Assembly (NCBI GenBank): GCA_013239625.1
Contig: PNXV01000239.1
Coordinates: 1 to 64,000, forward strand
Reading direction: 5' to 3'
Origin: Lama guanicoe
Lineage: Eukaryota
DNA length: 64,000 bases
Shown here: piece by piece, positions 1-13,000 of the stretch
How the letters are laid out: each line of letters opens with the position of its first letter
Position numbering within the stretch: position 1 is the stretch's first letter
The notes under the pieces: model-generated
The model's database searches: none
What the model was told of the DNA's origin: nothing
What the model saw: the letters and a program-made list of their open reading frames with translations, nothing else
Program-made: the position numbers and the translations under genes

Positions 1-165
1 GACCAGGTTATTTGTGTGTTCGTCTGCCCCTTTCCACTGGACAGTGAGCCTGTGAGCTCCTTGACTGGGACTGGGACCTGTGATTTTCTCTGTACCTCTG
101 ATGCCTTGTATAATACTGGCTCTTAGTCCTCGAAACACGTTTGTTGATTGAATGCATTAGGAAAT
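1..165 (+). mobile_element. L2 LINE 3' end fragment
   Basis: ctgtgagctccttga...tttgttgattgaatg resembles the L2 3' terminus. Confidence 0.65.
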
Positions 166-756
166 TGTAGCTCAGCGAGGCAGAGTAGCTATGCTTGGGT
201 CCCACTGTGTATTGCTGGTGAGCCTATCAGATCTGCATCCTAGGTCTTCTGAATCTAAATGTGAGTGTCTCCAAATGTTGTGTTTTTGGGTGCTGCTTGG
301 CTGCTCTCCCCCGTTTATTTAAACACAATCACAAATGACTGCAGATAATGTACAGCACAGGGAAGAATCCTACTCCTTCTGCTGTCAGATAAATTTGAAA
401 GATCAAAATAATGTGGTTTAGCCATTTGTTTGAATTGATGCCTAGCCTTCCAAAGCTTGCAAGTTTGACTTCCTCAAGTCAGGGGGAAAAAATAGCTGTT
501 TCCTTATGAAAAGCAGTGTAGGGGAGTGTATCATCCCATGGGAGCGTCTACAGAAGCCCTGTGTACAGACTCTGTCCGGGTCCCTGAGTGAAACAGTCAA
601 AGGAAGAATTCGGTGACATGGTGGTTGTAGTAACATTACTATAATGACAGATGTCGTGATAATAGGAATGGCTAATAGTTTTCAGTGCTCACTATATGCC
701 AGGTGCTATGTTAGGCCCTTAAATGTATTACCCCATTTAGTTCTCATAATAAGCCC

Positions 757-1155
757 TGTTATAAGTTGAATTGCGTCCTCCCAAAATCCATATGTTGAAC
801 TCCTGACCCAAAGCACCTCAGAATGTGACCTGACTTGGAAATAGAGTCATTACAGATGTAATTAAGATGAGGTCATACTGGAGTACGATAACCCAGTGTA
901 ACTAGCGTCCTCTTAGAACAGGGAGATTTGGAGACAGACATGCATCCAGGGAGAAACCCACGAGAAGATGAAGGCAGAGATGGAGTGATGCTTCTGTAAG
1001 CCAAGGAATGCAGATGATGGCCAGCAAGCTACCAAAAGCTGGGGGAGAGGCGTGGAACTGGTTCTTCCTCACAGCCCTCCAGAAAGAACCAGCCCTGCCG
1101 TCACCTTGATCTTGGGCCTGTAGCCTCCAGAACTGAGAGAACTTACATTTTATTC
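757..1155 (+). mobile_element. MLT1B/C-type MaLR LTR, 3'-truncated, next to a MIR fragment (~640-756)
   Basis: Starts tgttataagttgaattgcgtcc; internal cctcagaatgtgacc, gccaaggaatgc, cagccctgccgtcaccttgat; the usual ...ctaataca end is missing. Confidence 0.85.
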
Positions 1156-1393
1156 ACTTCTTTCCTGACTTGGGGGGAGGGAGGTATTATATACCTCATG
1201 TTACATATTCTTCTTATTCATGTATTTTAAAATAACATATTTCTTTTTGTGATTACTAAAATAATACATGTTCATTATAGAAAATGTAGAAAAATATAAG
1301 ACAAGCACCAAAGAGAAAATCAGAGGCACCTGTAACTTCATCATTGAAGTAACTATGAAACACTGTAAGCACTTACACTTCACACTCAGATGT

Positions 1394-1442
1394 GCTCACT
1401 GTCCAGTGGAAAGGGGCAGACGAACACACAAATAACCTGGTC
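1394..1442 (-). repeat. Exact 49-bp inverted copy of window positions 1-49
   Basis: gctcactgtccagtggaaaggggcagacgaacacacaaataacctggtc is the reverse complement of 1-49. Confidence 0.97.
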
Positions 1443-1804
1443 AGAGAGGGGACCACAATATCCTCCACTATTAACACGGGAGAGTCGTTTCTGCTCTCCC
1501 TCTCATGAAGCTCATGTGGTTGTTTGAATAGCAAGTTCCTTGCGGGGCAAACCTTATGTCTTACACCCCTCCTGCCTGACTCAAGTCTGGCTTAGAGGGG
1601 GTGCTGGAAATGCTAGCTGAAGGAACAGAATATCTCGATGGTTAAGAACATGGGCTTTTGAGTCAGCCAGATTGGGCAGCTTTGAATAAACTCTGTCACT
1701 TGCTACCTGTACGATATTGGGTAAATCATTTATCTTTGCTCAGCCTATTTGTTTTGTTTTGTTTTGTTTTTTTAAATCAATGATATGGTTGCTAATTATC
1801 TAAA

Positions 1805-2090
1805 CCATTCAATCATTTAACAAATATTTACCAGGCACCTACTAGGTCCCAGGTACCTGGTTCTAAGCCGAAGCAATACAGCAAAAAACAAAGCACAGTG
1901 AATAAGTAAAATAGGGTGCACGTCAAGTGGGGTAACTATTATGAAGAAGAACAAAGCGGGTGGAGTTGCAATTTTAAATAGGGTGCCAGGAAGGCCTCAC
2001 TGAGTAGCTGACACATGGACAAAGATGTGACATCCGTGAGAAAATCAGACGCAGCTCACTGGGAGGAGTGTTCCAGGCATAAAGTAAATA
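1805..2090 (-). mobile_element. L2 LINE fragment
   Basis: cattcaatcatttaacaaatatttaccaggcacctactagg and aaatagggtgccaggaaggcctcactgag. Confidence 0.75.
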
Positions 2091-2551
2091 ATATAGTTAA
2101 GCATTAGTGATTTCCCTACTATTGAGGAAAATCCGTAAAGATACACCCAGATCCTGTTTGGAGAACAGTCTGAAGAGGTCCGTAGTGCATCCCATGCCTT
2201 TCTCTCTGTGTGCGGCCAGAGTACCCTCTCAGTGTGTGTCAAGGTATGTTAGCCCGTGAGCTTGCTAAGCAGGAGGGAAGTGTTCTCCAATCAGGGGAGG
2301 ACAGCTGACATAAATTTCAGTTGACAAGTCCCACAGCTTTGAACACTAATGGATGCCTCATAGAGAGGTTATTCACACACACTTGGATGTGACCCTCTGT
2401 GCCTGCCTGACTGATGGCCAGCCCAGCATGAGGAGGTGAAAGAAGCTGGAAAGATCCATTTTCTAATGGAATTGCAACACTCTCCCACCCTCTTTCTTCT
2501 TTCTCAGTGGAATTCAAGCTTAGGATTCTAGCTTAAGCCAGTATTTGATAA

Positions 2552-2969
2552 TGTTAACCTAAAGTAATAAAGTAGCCAGTTATTTTACCAGCAAAATGGG
2601 TTTGTTCAGGAGCAGCAAAGAATTGAAGTTCAGGACATGCAGCAGTGGCAAACCATATGCAAGTCCAGTTAAGCAAAAGAGAGGAAACTTTTTTATAGAA
2701 GAAAAGGGGAAGTTGGGAGGGGCTGTTATAAATAGAGATCCATTGGAGGAAATTGAGAATTTGAAGTATAGAGGCTTTTCATTGGCTGAGCTGTTGCCAG
2801 GCTAGGAGAAATCTTTCTTCCTTCTGCTAGTGGTAGTAAAGTAGGGTCACTTCCTACCCAAGATGCAGAGTATATCTCTTCTTGGGATCTATATTGAGTG
2901 ATTTATGCATGAGAGCTCCCCCTTCTGGCCTCCTGACAACATTTTAATGAAAATTTATTAATCTTCACA
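2552..2969 (-). mobile_element. Solo LTR, probably ERV1 class
   Basis: TG...CA bounded ~418-bp unit; the minus strand starts tgtgaagattaataaa...gtcaggaggccagaagggggagctctca and contains CCAAT and TATAAA motifs. Confidence 0.65.
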
Positions 2970-3160
2970 GCAAGTGGAGACCTAGGGTCTAGACAGAGCA
3001 GTGTAAATTGTGGAAGGGGCAGTGGAAGTGGGGATAAGGTGGGGAAAATACTAGAGGGGGTTGCCTACCTTTGTCTTCATACGAGGCAATAGTATCAAAT
3101 GCTTAGGAACATGGACTCTGGAGACACTCTTCCCTGGTTCACATCTGTAAAATGGGATAA

Positions 3161-3601
3161 TGCCTTAGGTTGGGCTCCCTGTTAACAGACTCAGGGACAG
3201 AGAGTTGCATGCAGAAGGTTTGTAAGAGAATAAGCTTAGGAAATACACTGTAAGGAAGTGAGGCTGGCAGATTGGGCAGAGCAAGAAGTTGATCCGAAGT
3301 TTGCAATTGAGGCCGCAGCTGACCTTAGAGGAGTTCTAGAGCTGGGATGGCCCTCAGAGTTGTTCAAAGTGAGGCATGGGCCTGGGCCTTTAGATCTTCT
3401 CATCAGCCAGTCACTGGTCATGGCTGGGCCCTGGGACGGGGTGTATCCTTGGGCAAGACTATTCCCCATGGTGGAGGCATGGTAAGGCTCCAAGCAAGGA
3501 GCCTTGCTGAGAACCTCAGTATCCAGTACTCCCAGGAGTTGGAGGATGTTGCCTCAGCCATAAAGAGGGGATATGAGCAGAGCCCTCCAGTATCCCCTAC
3601 A
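3161..3601 (-). mobile_element. LTR16-family (ERVL) solo LTR inserted in a MIR (~3085-3690)
   Basis: TG..CA ends, perfect 5-bp TSD gataa at 3156-3160 and 3602-3606; the MIR core catctgtaaaatgggataa resumes after it. Confidence 0.85.
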
Positions 3602-4348
3602 GATAACAGTAGCCCTTCTTCAAAGGGTTGTGAGGATTAAAGAGATTTATACATGCAGAGTGCTTGGGACATAGTAGGTGCTAAGTTACTGAGAGGATGA
3701 TGAAGAAAGATGCATTTGGATACCAGCTGCACACAGTCCTCTAGATCCTCAAACACTTACAGTTAATTTTCCAGGAGATACTGGGGTAGATGGGACCCCA
3801 TATCACTGCTTCAGTTGCATCCTTTCAGTTCTTGCCATCTTTGGTAATTCACATTCTCACGTTCATAGGCACAGCAGCAAACACACTCACACGCACTCAC
3901 GTATACTTACACACACTCCTAAATGTGTGATTTATGGGCATACTTGTTCATTCGCACATACAGCGATTTATCAATCTATTCCATTGGTTTTCAAATTTGT
4001 TTTTCAAAAGAGCTGTTACATATAAGCCCAATATCATTGTCCCTCATTTAACATTTGCACTCGCATCAACATTAAAATTACATTTAACTTTACCTTTTTT
4101 CCCCCCAAATTTGTTCCTTGGAAGACTTCGTTAACCCTCCCTTTTTATTTAAAAATCAGCAAGTACATTTCTGTAGGAACAAAGATGAAGCAAAGGCTTA
4201 AGGGGGAACCTGACCCAAACCCTCAGTTCAGCTCACCCAGGTCAGGCCCCTGAGAGAGGCCCACGGAGAGCAGCGGTGGTGGCAGGTCCCTGACAGTGCC
4301 CCAGAGATGGGAGAAGAGATGATCTAGGGTGGTACCCAGACCTGCGCT

Positions 4349-5004
4349 CTCTTTTTTCTTAATTAAAGTATAGTTGATTTACAATATTATGTTAGTTTCA
4401 GATGTACAACATAGTGATTTATCATTTGTATAGATTATACTCCATTTAACGTTATTATAAAATATTGACTACATTCTCTGTGTTGTGTAATATATCCTTG
4501 TTGCTTACTTATTTTATACATAGTAGTTTGTACCTCTTAATCCTCTACCCCTATCTTACCCCATCCTCCGCCCCTCTCCCCACCGGTAACCACTTAGTTT
4601 GTTCTCTATATCTGTGAGTCTGTTTCTGTTTTGTTATATTCATTCATTTGTTTTATTGTTTAGATTCCACATACAGGTGATAACATACAGTATTTATCTT
4701 TCTCTGTTTGACTTATTTCACTAAGTGTAATACCCTCTAGGTCCCTCCATGTTACTGCAAATGGCAGAACTTTAATATGGCTGAATAGTAATATTCCATT
4801 GTGTATGTGTGTACATCATCTTTATCCATTCATCTATTGATGGACACTTGGGTTGCTTCCATATCTTGGCTATGGTAAATAATGCTGCTAGGAACATTGG
4901 GGTGCATGTATCTTTTCAGATTAGTGTTTTCATTTTTTTCAGATATATACCCAGGAGTGAAATTGCTAGATCATATGGTAGTTCTATTTTTAGTTTTTCG
5001 AGGA
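4349..5004 (-). mobile_element. L1 3' end (artiodactyl-type), 5'-truncated
   Basis: T-rich tail then taaagtatagttgatttacaatatt; ORF2 C-terminal sequence catctattgatggacacttgggttgcttccatatcttggc. Confidence 0.92.
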
Positions 5005-5829
5005 CCTACACACATTATTTTAATAGCTGTGTTTGATTTTAATGTGTACTATAAAAGTATAACTAGCATTTAAGGTAGCAAGATAAGTTTTCTTTTTTAG
5101 TTTTCTTTTTAAGAAGCAGATATTTAATAAAGAAAAGCACAGATGGCTACAAAAATTGTGAAGGTGACACATGTATGAAGGAGGTTTCAGAAACAGAGTC
5201 CTCCTTGTTGCTTTATCTTCACTTTTATTGAAAGGCACTGTGGTCATCCTCTTAAAAGGTTAAGAAATGAATCATAAAAGAGTGGGAAAGAGAATGAGGA
5301 AGAGTGAGAGACTGACCAACAGCAGAACTTTGTTTTCCTTGGCCAGCTTGTGTAGTTACCAAAATAGCAAACAGTACTGTACTTTTACACCTAAGTTTCT
5401 GGTGGTAGGGTTAATAGCCTTCTTGTTTAATGCCCTTTCACCACATTTGTGTGTTTTTAGTAGTATAATATGATTGGCCAGGGGGTGGGTGTCCGTGAAA
5501 CAGACAAGAAAAGAGCTGTGAAGCTGCTTGTGGTGGCCCTCAATCCCAAGCAGCATTATGTGGAGATCCTTGCATTAGTCTCCATTCTGCAGTCATTTTG
5601 ATTCCCAAGTAGGTGGCCAGCTTTACAACAGAGGTTTCTACTACCCATTCCTTGAGGACAGGATCTGTCTGAGATTCACCCTCTGTTCTCAGGTCCCAGG
5701 TCACATTCTGACCTGTATTTGAGTCCCATCTGATGGTAAAGGAACAAATACATCAGATATATTTTTATGACCACCCCTGTCTCCAACCTCTTCAACATCT
5801 CTTCAGGGCTTTATGCATGGTAGATACAC

Positions 5830-6145
5830 AGGAAAGCCTGGGTAGCTGGTTGGATGGGTGAGAGGACGAGTGGAGAGGTAGGCAGATGAGTAGACAGTTG
5901 GATGGTCGAGTGGATGAATGGATAGATGGATATGGGGGTAGGTGAATGGATGATGGAGAAAGAGAGAGATGAGTAGATGGATTAATGGGTGAGTATGTAG
6001 AAATGGATGGGTAGATGTGTGGGTAAGTGGATAGATGGATTGATAAGATAGGTAGGCAGATGGGCAGGTGGGTGGATAGACAAAGATGAATGAGTGGTTA
6101 AGTTGGTGGGTGGGTAGGTGGGTGAGAAGGAGTGAGTGAGTGAAC
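5830..6145. repeat. Degenerate (TGGA/TGGG/TAGA)n low-complexity tract
   Basis: Runs such as ggatgaatggatagatggatatgg over ~300 bp; it gives rise to the His/Pro-rich pseudo-ORF 5803..6171. Confidence 0.9.
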
Positions 6146-6779
6146 AGCAGGCTTAGAAGAAGTAATTGCATTCATATGTGTCTGCTTCATTCTAATCAAA
6201 GCACATTTTTTTCTGGGAGAATCTTCAGAGTTGATGGCCCTGATGTCTTGACTTTTTTTTCTGTAAGAGTCCTGACCCCTAGAAAGTGTTCGCCATGTTC
6301 TAATGTGAGGCCCCATCTTGTCATATGACTCACAGAAATACATGTTTCATCTCATGCCTTTATTTTTCACTCACACTTCACCCTTTCAGGGATTGGGCCT
6401 CATTAAAATCTGTCCTCTACCTGGTTACTCTTTGAGGAAGTTCCTTGTTAGGGTATTTCTGCTGTGAAATGTATCACACCAAACCCATGCGAGTGCCGGC
6501 CTGAATGCTAAAGACTGTTATTAGCAGATTTAGCCTAGAGATGTTTCAGAGTTGTCAGTTCTGATGTTCATAGGATTATATTTTCAAACATCATCACACA
6601 TCTTCTATGACAGACTTGATTACTGTGATGAACTAGTTTTCTTCCTTTGAGAGATGTTTCAGTTGCAAAAATGATTCTGAAAGCATTTGAGAAAAATGCC
6701 AGGCAAAACTGAAGTGACACTGTTTCATTTGGGTGCTTGTTTAGCTTGCTGGGAGAGGAAGCTTGGGGTGGCGGAAGGA

Positions 6780-6975
6780 GCACTGGACATGGAGTCCACA
6801 GACCTAGGTTTGCATGCTGTCCCCTCCTTCCTAGCAGTGGTGACCTGGGGGAGGTCTCTAATCTTTGCATTCTCTTCTGCAAAGTGAGACCAACGACCAG
6901 TGGCCCCCTCGTTGGGTTGCTCTAGAGATGAAATAAAGAAGGTACATTACAAACTGTAAAGTGCTCTTACAGTGG
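6780..6975 (+). mobile_element. MIR SINE
   Basis: agcactggacatggagtccacagacctaggttt...tgtaaagtgct. Confidence 0.7.
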
Positions 6976-7224
6976 AGGATGCCTCAGTCATATAGAGGGA
7001 AGAAAGCCATACCTCATATATATCACATTCCTTCTTTCTTTTCGGGGGACTTAAACAACAGGAGAAATCAGCTATTTCATTAAAAAGTATTAACTATACG
7101 TCTAAGAACCAATAAAACACCTTTTTGGGGCCATGGAATTTTTATTATGAGTGATGTTGACCATAAGGTAAAAAACCTGCCACAGTTGCAGAGAAATGGT
7201 TGTTGTCCTCTTCCATTTCTTCTG

Positions 7225-7800
7225 CAGCTATTTACTAGCACCTACAGTATGAGAGGCATGGGGAGGGGCGTGCTATGGTTATGGCATTGAGCAGGACAAA
7301 AGCGGTCCTTATACCCAGGAGGAAACAGATAATCACCTGAATAACTTAATATAAATTGTGGAAAGTTATGGAGTGTGTTGAGAGTGTATGATGTGGAGAC
7401 CTGACTTAGGCTGGGGATCAGAAAAGACTTGTCTAGGGAGGTGACTGTGAGTTGAGACTGGAGAATGAATAGGACTGTGAGCTGAGAATGGGATGAGCGT
7501 GGGGGAGAAGGATTGGAGGAAGCTCATTCTGCACCTGTTATTCAGTGCCTTGGGACCCCACGGAAAGATGTCTAGCCAGGGAGCACACTGACTCCTGTTC
7601 TTCAGAAGCTTCCCCTGGCTGCCGTGGGAGAGCACAGATTAGAAGCAAGCGAGAGCGACTGCAGGGATGAGGTACCAACTGTGGCAGTGAGTGGGCAGAG
7701 GGGCAGGTGGATTCAAGGCACATGGCAGGAGAAAAACCACAGGGCTTGGTTATTGACCATTTATGGTAGAAAAGGGGATGATCAAGGATGTACTTCTAAT
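7225..7800 (-). mobile_element. L2 LINE fragment
   Basis: tatttactagcacctacagtatg, ggggatcagaaaagacttgtctagggaggtgac. Confidence 0.65.
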
Positions 7801-8487
7801 GCAATTGCTTCCTATTTTCAACTGAATGGTCCTCAAATTACATACACTGTGAATATTACTACAGTAAATTAGAGGGATGTATCTGTAGACTCTATGGTAT
7901 TCTGTACAGTTTAACATCTGGGTATTCTGGAAATTTGCATGGTAGCCCAGGGAAAAATGGTTGGTGCAGTCACCCTTCCTAGTCCTGGAGAATTACACTC
8001 CATCCATGGGAGGCAAGGATCAGGTCCAAAAAGATGTTTGGCAAACATTCATTTAAAACAGAGCATACGAGTGTGCAGGACAGATCTGATCTTAGCCTTT
8101 AGATGTACATGTCCATGGGGAGGCAGATATGATGTAAAATCCACTCCAGCCTGTCTACAAAGGAGGTTATACCAACGTTAAGGAAACCTCCTTGTATGGT
8201 GCCCCTACCTGCAGAATAGCATGACTGCAAGTCCCACCCCACCTTCCAAAATGCCTCCAGTGGTCTCTGTGTCCCTGGATCTCAGTGTCCTCATACATGG
8301 TCCTCATTTGGCCCAGTGCCATGGCCTCTTGGTGACATCCAGTGCCCATAAGCCAGCACTTTATCACCAGATCTTCATCCCCCAGTGCCCCCCAAAATGG
8401 GGCCCCTGCAGGGTTGTTCCAGCCTTAGTTGTTACTGGGGAAGAAGGCCACTCTGCCCCTTGCTTGTCGCACTTGCTCAGCTGGGCA

Positions 8488-8706
8488 CAGTGCTGTGTTG
8501 GGACTGACTTGTATCTGTTCATTAGAGCCGACTGTCCACGTCTCTTCCCCCCTCCCTGTTCAGCAATGTCACCACCTTAGTAGTTTGAAATTGGCCATGA
8601 TGGGAGTATTCATGCCACAGTAATCAGCAAGCACTACAAATCAGGACTTCCTCCTGATTTGTCCCCCTCAGAGAGCTCTTGTTAAACATTTCCCAGCACA
8701 CCACTG
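8488..8706 (+). mobile_element. MER63-type hAT DNA transposon (MITE)
   Basis: TIRs cagtgctgtgttgg / ccagcacaccactg; internal ctacaaatcagg; degenerate 8-bp TSD gctgggca / actgggcc. Confidence 0.8.
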
Positions 8707-9184
8707 ACTGGGCCCAGAGCTCAGCTGTGCCCCGAGTCCCACAGGTTCCCTGTGGACACAGTCCCTTTAGCTTCCACTCAGCCCCTCTCTCCACAGGGGT
8801 CAGACCCAGTGCCTGGGCACATGGACCTGCCAGCCCCCACCCCAAAACAGACACAAAGGCACCAGCACACTAAACATCTCATTGTCTGGGGACTGTGGCC
8901 CCAACAGTCATCAGGCGGGGGTGGACTGTGAGTCCTGGTTTAGGTCAGCCAGGCCCCTGGCATTACAAAGCTGTGTGTTGGACAGGACGGGGTCCATCCA
9001 TGGGGACATCAAGAAGGAACATTTCAGGGCACTAGGGGGTGACAGCAGGGAGACTCACTTCTTGCTGGAGATAGGACCATCAGAAGGAGGAATGATTATT
9101 CTTTTAGTGACTGACTCACTCACGTCAGGCCCTGGGTTCTTCATAAGAATACGGGAGGGAGTAAGACACGTTCTACACCTGCAC

Positions 9185-9467
9185 TTCTCAGTGTGGTCCC
9201 CCATAGCCCCATTCAAGAGCACTGAAAGTGGGGCTGGTCCATATGTGTAAAATACACACTGGATTTCAGAGACTTAGTACCAAAAAGTGTCAAATATCTC
9301 ATTAATAATTTTATATTGAGTACAACTGAAATGATGCTGTCCTGAATATATCAGGTTAAATAAAACTGGTCATTAATATTAATTTCACCTGATTCTTTCA
9401 ACTTTCTGATATGGTTATTGGATTATTTAAAAGACATATTTGGCTCACATTCTATTGGTCACTGTGG
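9185..9467. mobile_element. MER33-type hAT-Charlie DNA transposon
   Basis: gtgtaaaatacacactggatttcagagacttagta...aaatatctcattaataattttatattg...attaatttcacctg. Confidence 0.8.
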
Positions 9468-9739
9468 TTTAAACTTTGAAGGAGCCCCTGGGCCAGTGGC
9501 ATAGATCTAGTTCCAGTCTAGACAGCTGGGCTGACCTCAAAGGGCAGGTGGAGTTTGGAAAATCAGAGATAACGGGAGCAGACAGGAGAATGTTGTCTAG
9601 AAATAAGCACTCAGACTTTCCCATGCCCTGTGTGAGGAGTATTATATCCCCTTAGATCTAAAAAGCTGTATTTCTAGAAAGCTTTCCCCAGGAAGCTGTT
9701 GTGGCATGGGCAGACAGGGCCAATTAGCGTGTTCAGGGC

Positions 9740-10175
9740 AACATGTTTTGTCATGATGGGGGCAGGGGAAAAACTAGAAGCAACCTAAATGCCCAGGGCT
9801 TGGACTTCACTAAATAAATTTGGATGCATTTTCACAGTGGAATTATTGGCAGCCACTAAAAATAGTCGTTATGGAATAGTCTCTAATGGCATAGAAGATG
9901 GTTTATAATACATTACTTGGTGAGGAAAATGACAGGTTACAAAAGTTTGTGTGGTAAATCCCCACTTTTGATTTAAAAAACTGTAAATACATAAAGACTA
10001 GAAGAATGTTCTACAAAATGTTAACAGTGGTTGTCTCTGGATGGAATTCTTTCTCTTTGTTTATTCTTTTCAAATTTTCTTCAGTGACTATGCATTACTT
10101 TAGGTCTCAGTTTAAAAAAAAGAAAGAAGACTTTAAAAACAAAAGGAAAGACTTAAAAAAAAAAAGGAAAACTTC
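9740..10175 (+). mobile_element. Old L1ME 3' end with an A-rich tail
   Basis: aaaactagaagcaacctaaatgcc, aaaatgttaacagtggttgtctctgg, followed by an A-rich tail. Confidence 0.7.
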
Positions 10176-11886
10176 AAAATTACTAACTTCAGAAGACCTG
10201 GGTTTTCATCCAGTCTTGACCTTACTAGCCAAGGAACTTTCACTATTAAGCCCTCAGCCTCAGTTTTCCCATCTGTACAATAGGCTCTATTAATACCTGC
10301 TTCATGGGGCTGTCATGAAGGTTAAATGACACATCTCTGTTTGGTGTTCCTGGCGCATGTGGTCCCTCAGTCATTATTAATGTTCTTCCCCTTTCTGCCC
10401 CATTCTGTCTTAGGTGGACCCTGGTTCTCATTTCAAAAAGAAAGGGGCAGGGAGGGGAGAAGAGGCAGAAGTGGATATCGGAGAGACCTTCAGCGTGTCC
10501 TGCCCTCATGCGGCCATCAGTTTTCTGGGCCTAGAGGAACTGACTCCACCATTTTTCTCCTCAATGCCAAACTCTGCTGAGTTGGAGTCCCACTGGTTGG
10601 AGTCCCATTAATTAAGGGCATGTTATGCACTTTAATCTTGAATATATAGAATAAAAACTACATAAGATGTTATCTAACATAGGGTGTAGACCAGCTTGAA
10701 AAAGACTTGAGGTTTGGAGGACTGAGGGTGTATACACTTAATTACTGTTGTGTTTGATCAGCTCTGATAGATGCTTAGTGTAAGTGGATGAAGAGTTCAG
10801 AATTTTGTATATGTATATATATGTATCATATGTGTGCAGATACACATACATATATATTTTTACAGGCCCACAGTATATGGTAAAACAGTGACCTAGATTC
10901 TCTCTCCAGCACACAGGATCCTTAGTGAGCCATATGTACTGGTAGCTAATCCACATAACCACTGTCAATTCCCCGTCAGTAATTTGGCAGGGTCCCTGCA
11001 GTGTGTGCAGGCTCTGCAGTGCTTTCTGAAATGTACAAAAAAATTTCCTGTTCGTCCTCAAATCTAGTAATTCTATCAACTAGCTTATGAAGAGCTGCCT
11101 CCGTAATCCATGTTTAATGGCCTTAGCCCCTAGACAGCTGTCTTGGGAATTAAAGTCTCTTGTGAACAGAGTATCCTGAGGTTCTAAACTCCAGTGTAAT
11201 GAAAACATGTCCTATTTTCTCCACTCACCCCCACAACAATGGGATTTGGAGCAGATGTCCAGCTTGGCATCTACAACTTGGGCTCATCCTTTGCACCCCA
11301 AATTTTATGAGTAGCAGCATCCATAACAGGGAGTGAGATGTTATCAGACGCCTCCTCCGTCGGACAGTCAGTGGACCTCAGCTAGGGGTGCGTTCTGTGT
11401 CTCAGTTCATCTGTGGGATTTGGAGGGGCTGTTGCCTGGCGTGTTCAGAGAAGAGGCTCTCGGATCTCTCAGGTCCCTGTGACTCTGAAGTAGTGAAGGA
11501 GAAAAGGGTCTCAAGACAGTGAGACGTGTGAATTGTGCCCAAGTTCACCAAGTGGCAAGTGTGATCTGGGCCGGGTTCACAAGGTGGGAAGTGCAGGGTC
11601 CAGGTTTTAGGCCTGATGTCAGCCACCTCTAATGCCCAGGTTCTTTTCACACCCCTGCCCACCTCACTCAATGGAATCCTTTGGAACCTAAGCTTGCCCT
11701 GTTATACCAGCTGTGTTTCTACAGAGAAATATATGCAGGTATCATCTTGTCTCCCACCTCCACTTGTCAAGCCTGCTAACTGTGAAACCCCAAGTGCCCC
11801 GTCTCTTCTCTCCCCTCTCTGCCGCTCATTTATTGTGGCTGTCACTTTTACACTCAACAGATTATTCTTCCTAAATAATCCTTTAC

Positions 11887-11963
11887 CATGTTATTCCTTA
11901 TTAAAAGCCTTCCACGGCTCCCCACATGTTATTCCTTATTAAAAGCCTTCCACGGCTCCCCAC
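11887..11963 (+). repeat. Perfect 38-bp tandem duplication inside an L2 fragment
   Basis: catgttattccttattaaaagccttccacggctcccca x2 (11887-11924, 11925-11962). Confidence 0.97.
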
Positions 11964-12144
11964 TGCCTGCAGGATATAGCCTGGCATTTTAGGAGCTCCA
12001 ACCCACCCCTCAGGCTATAACCTGAGTTTCCAGCTATTTCTCCTCACGCTGCTGTTCACACAGAAGGGATACCAGCTACTGTCCCACACATCATAATTTC
12101 CAAGCTTCATAACTGTGCCCATTGAGGGTTTTTCCCTTCCATCT

Positions 12145-12590
12145 TTTCAATCATTTACTCCCTTAATGAATAATTTTTGAGAACTTACTATAGCCAAGTA
12201 CTGTATTAGGAGCTGGGAATACAGCAATGAACCAAACAAAACAGAAATCCTTCAGAGAGTTTACAGTCTAGTGCAAGGAGGCAGTCAATAATCCACATAT
12301 TACATAGGTAAATTATCCAGTATGTTAGAAGGCAGTGGTTGCTATTCAAAAAGAAAAATGTGCAAGAGGAAGCAGAATTGAAAATGCCACCATTGGACGG
12401 GGAGTGGGCATTTAAACAGGACAGCCAGAGGAGGACTGATTGGGAAGGTAACACATGAGAAAAGACTTGAAGGAGAGAGCAAGCCCTGAGATGACTGGGG
12501 AAAGAGGGATCCGGGTGGATGAGCAGCCAGTGGGAAAGCCTAGGGTGAGAGTGTCTGGAGCACTTGAGTCGGGGGAGCTTCTACTTCTGG
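12145..12590 (-). mobile_element. L2 LINE fragment
   Basis: tttttgagaacttactatagccaagtactgtattaggagctgggaatacagcaatgaacc. Confidence 0.8.
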
Positions 12591-12614
12591 CCAAGGCAGA
12601 GGAGTAATATCCAG

Positions 12615-13000
12615 GAACTTGATGTACCCTCCTGCCTTAAGTGACCAAAAAAAAAAACTGGCCGAATTATGTGACGCAACACATAATGACATTCTGACAT
12701 TGAGCTATAGACCACAGAGGAGAGTGACCCCTGAGAGAAGGGACACCAAGGATGTGAGCTTATGATTGCCCACCCTACTGCCTGGAGAGTTTCCAGGCCG
12801 TGCACAGGAAGGGGTGGCCAAAAAGAGCCTAGCAGTCTTGCCAAGTTGAGGAGAGGAGACAGAGTTGAAAATTTGAATTTAGAGAGCCAAAAGAGGCTGC
12901 AATTTGCAGGCAGAGTGGCAGAGAGGAGAGAGCCGCACAGAGGTGGGAGAGTGGTGGAGATCTACACAATTTGTTTGCTCATTTGGTTAAAATTAATAAT
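12615..13000 (+). mobile_element. Old L1M 5' region fragment
   Basis: agagtgacccctgagagaaggg...tgattgcccaccctactgcctggagagtttccaggcc resembles L1MD/ME 5' ends. Confidence 0.6.

Noticed and set aside
5803..6171. His/Pro-rich protein
   Set aside because: It is the translation of the (TCCA)n-type low-complexity tract.
10110..10180. ~21-bp periodic A-rich repeat as a possible array
   Set aside because: It is a degenerate expansion of an L1 poly(A) tail, with no constant repeat and spacer structure.
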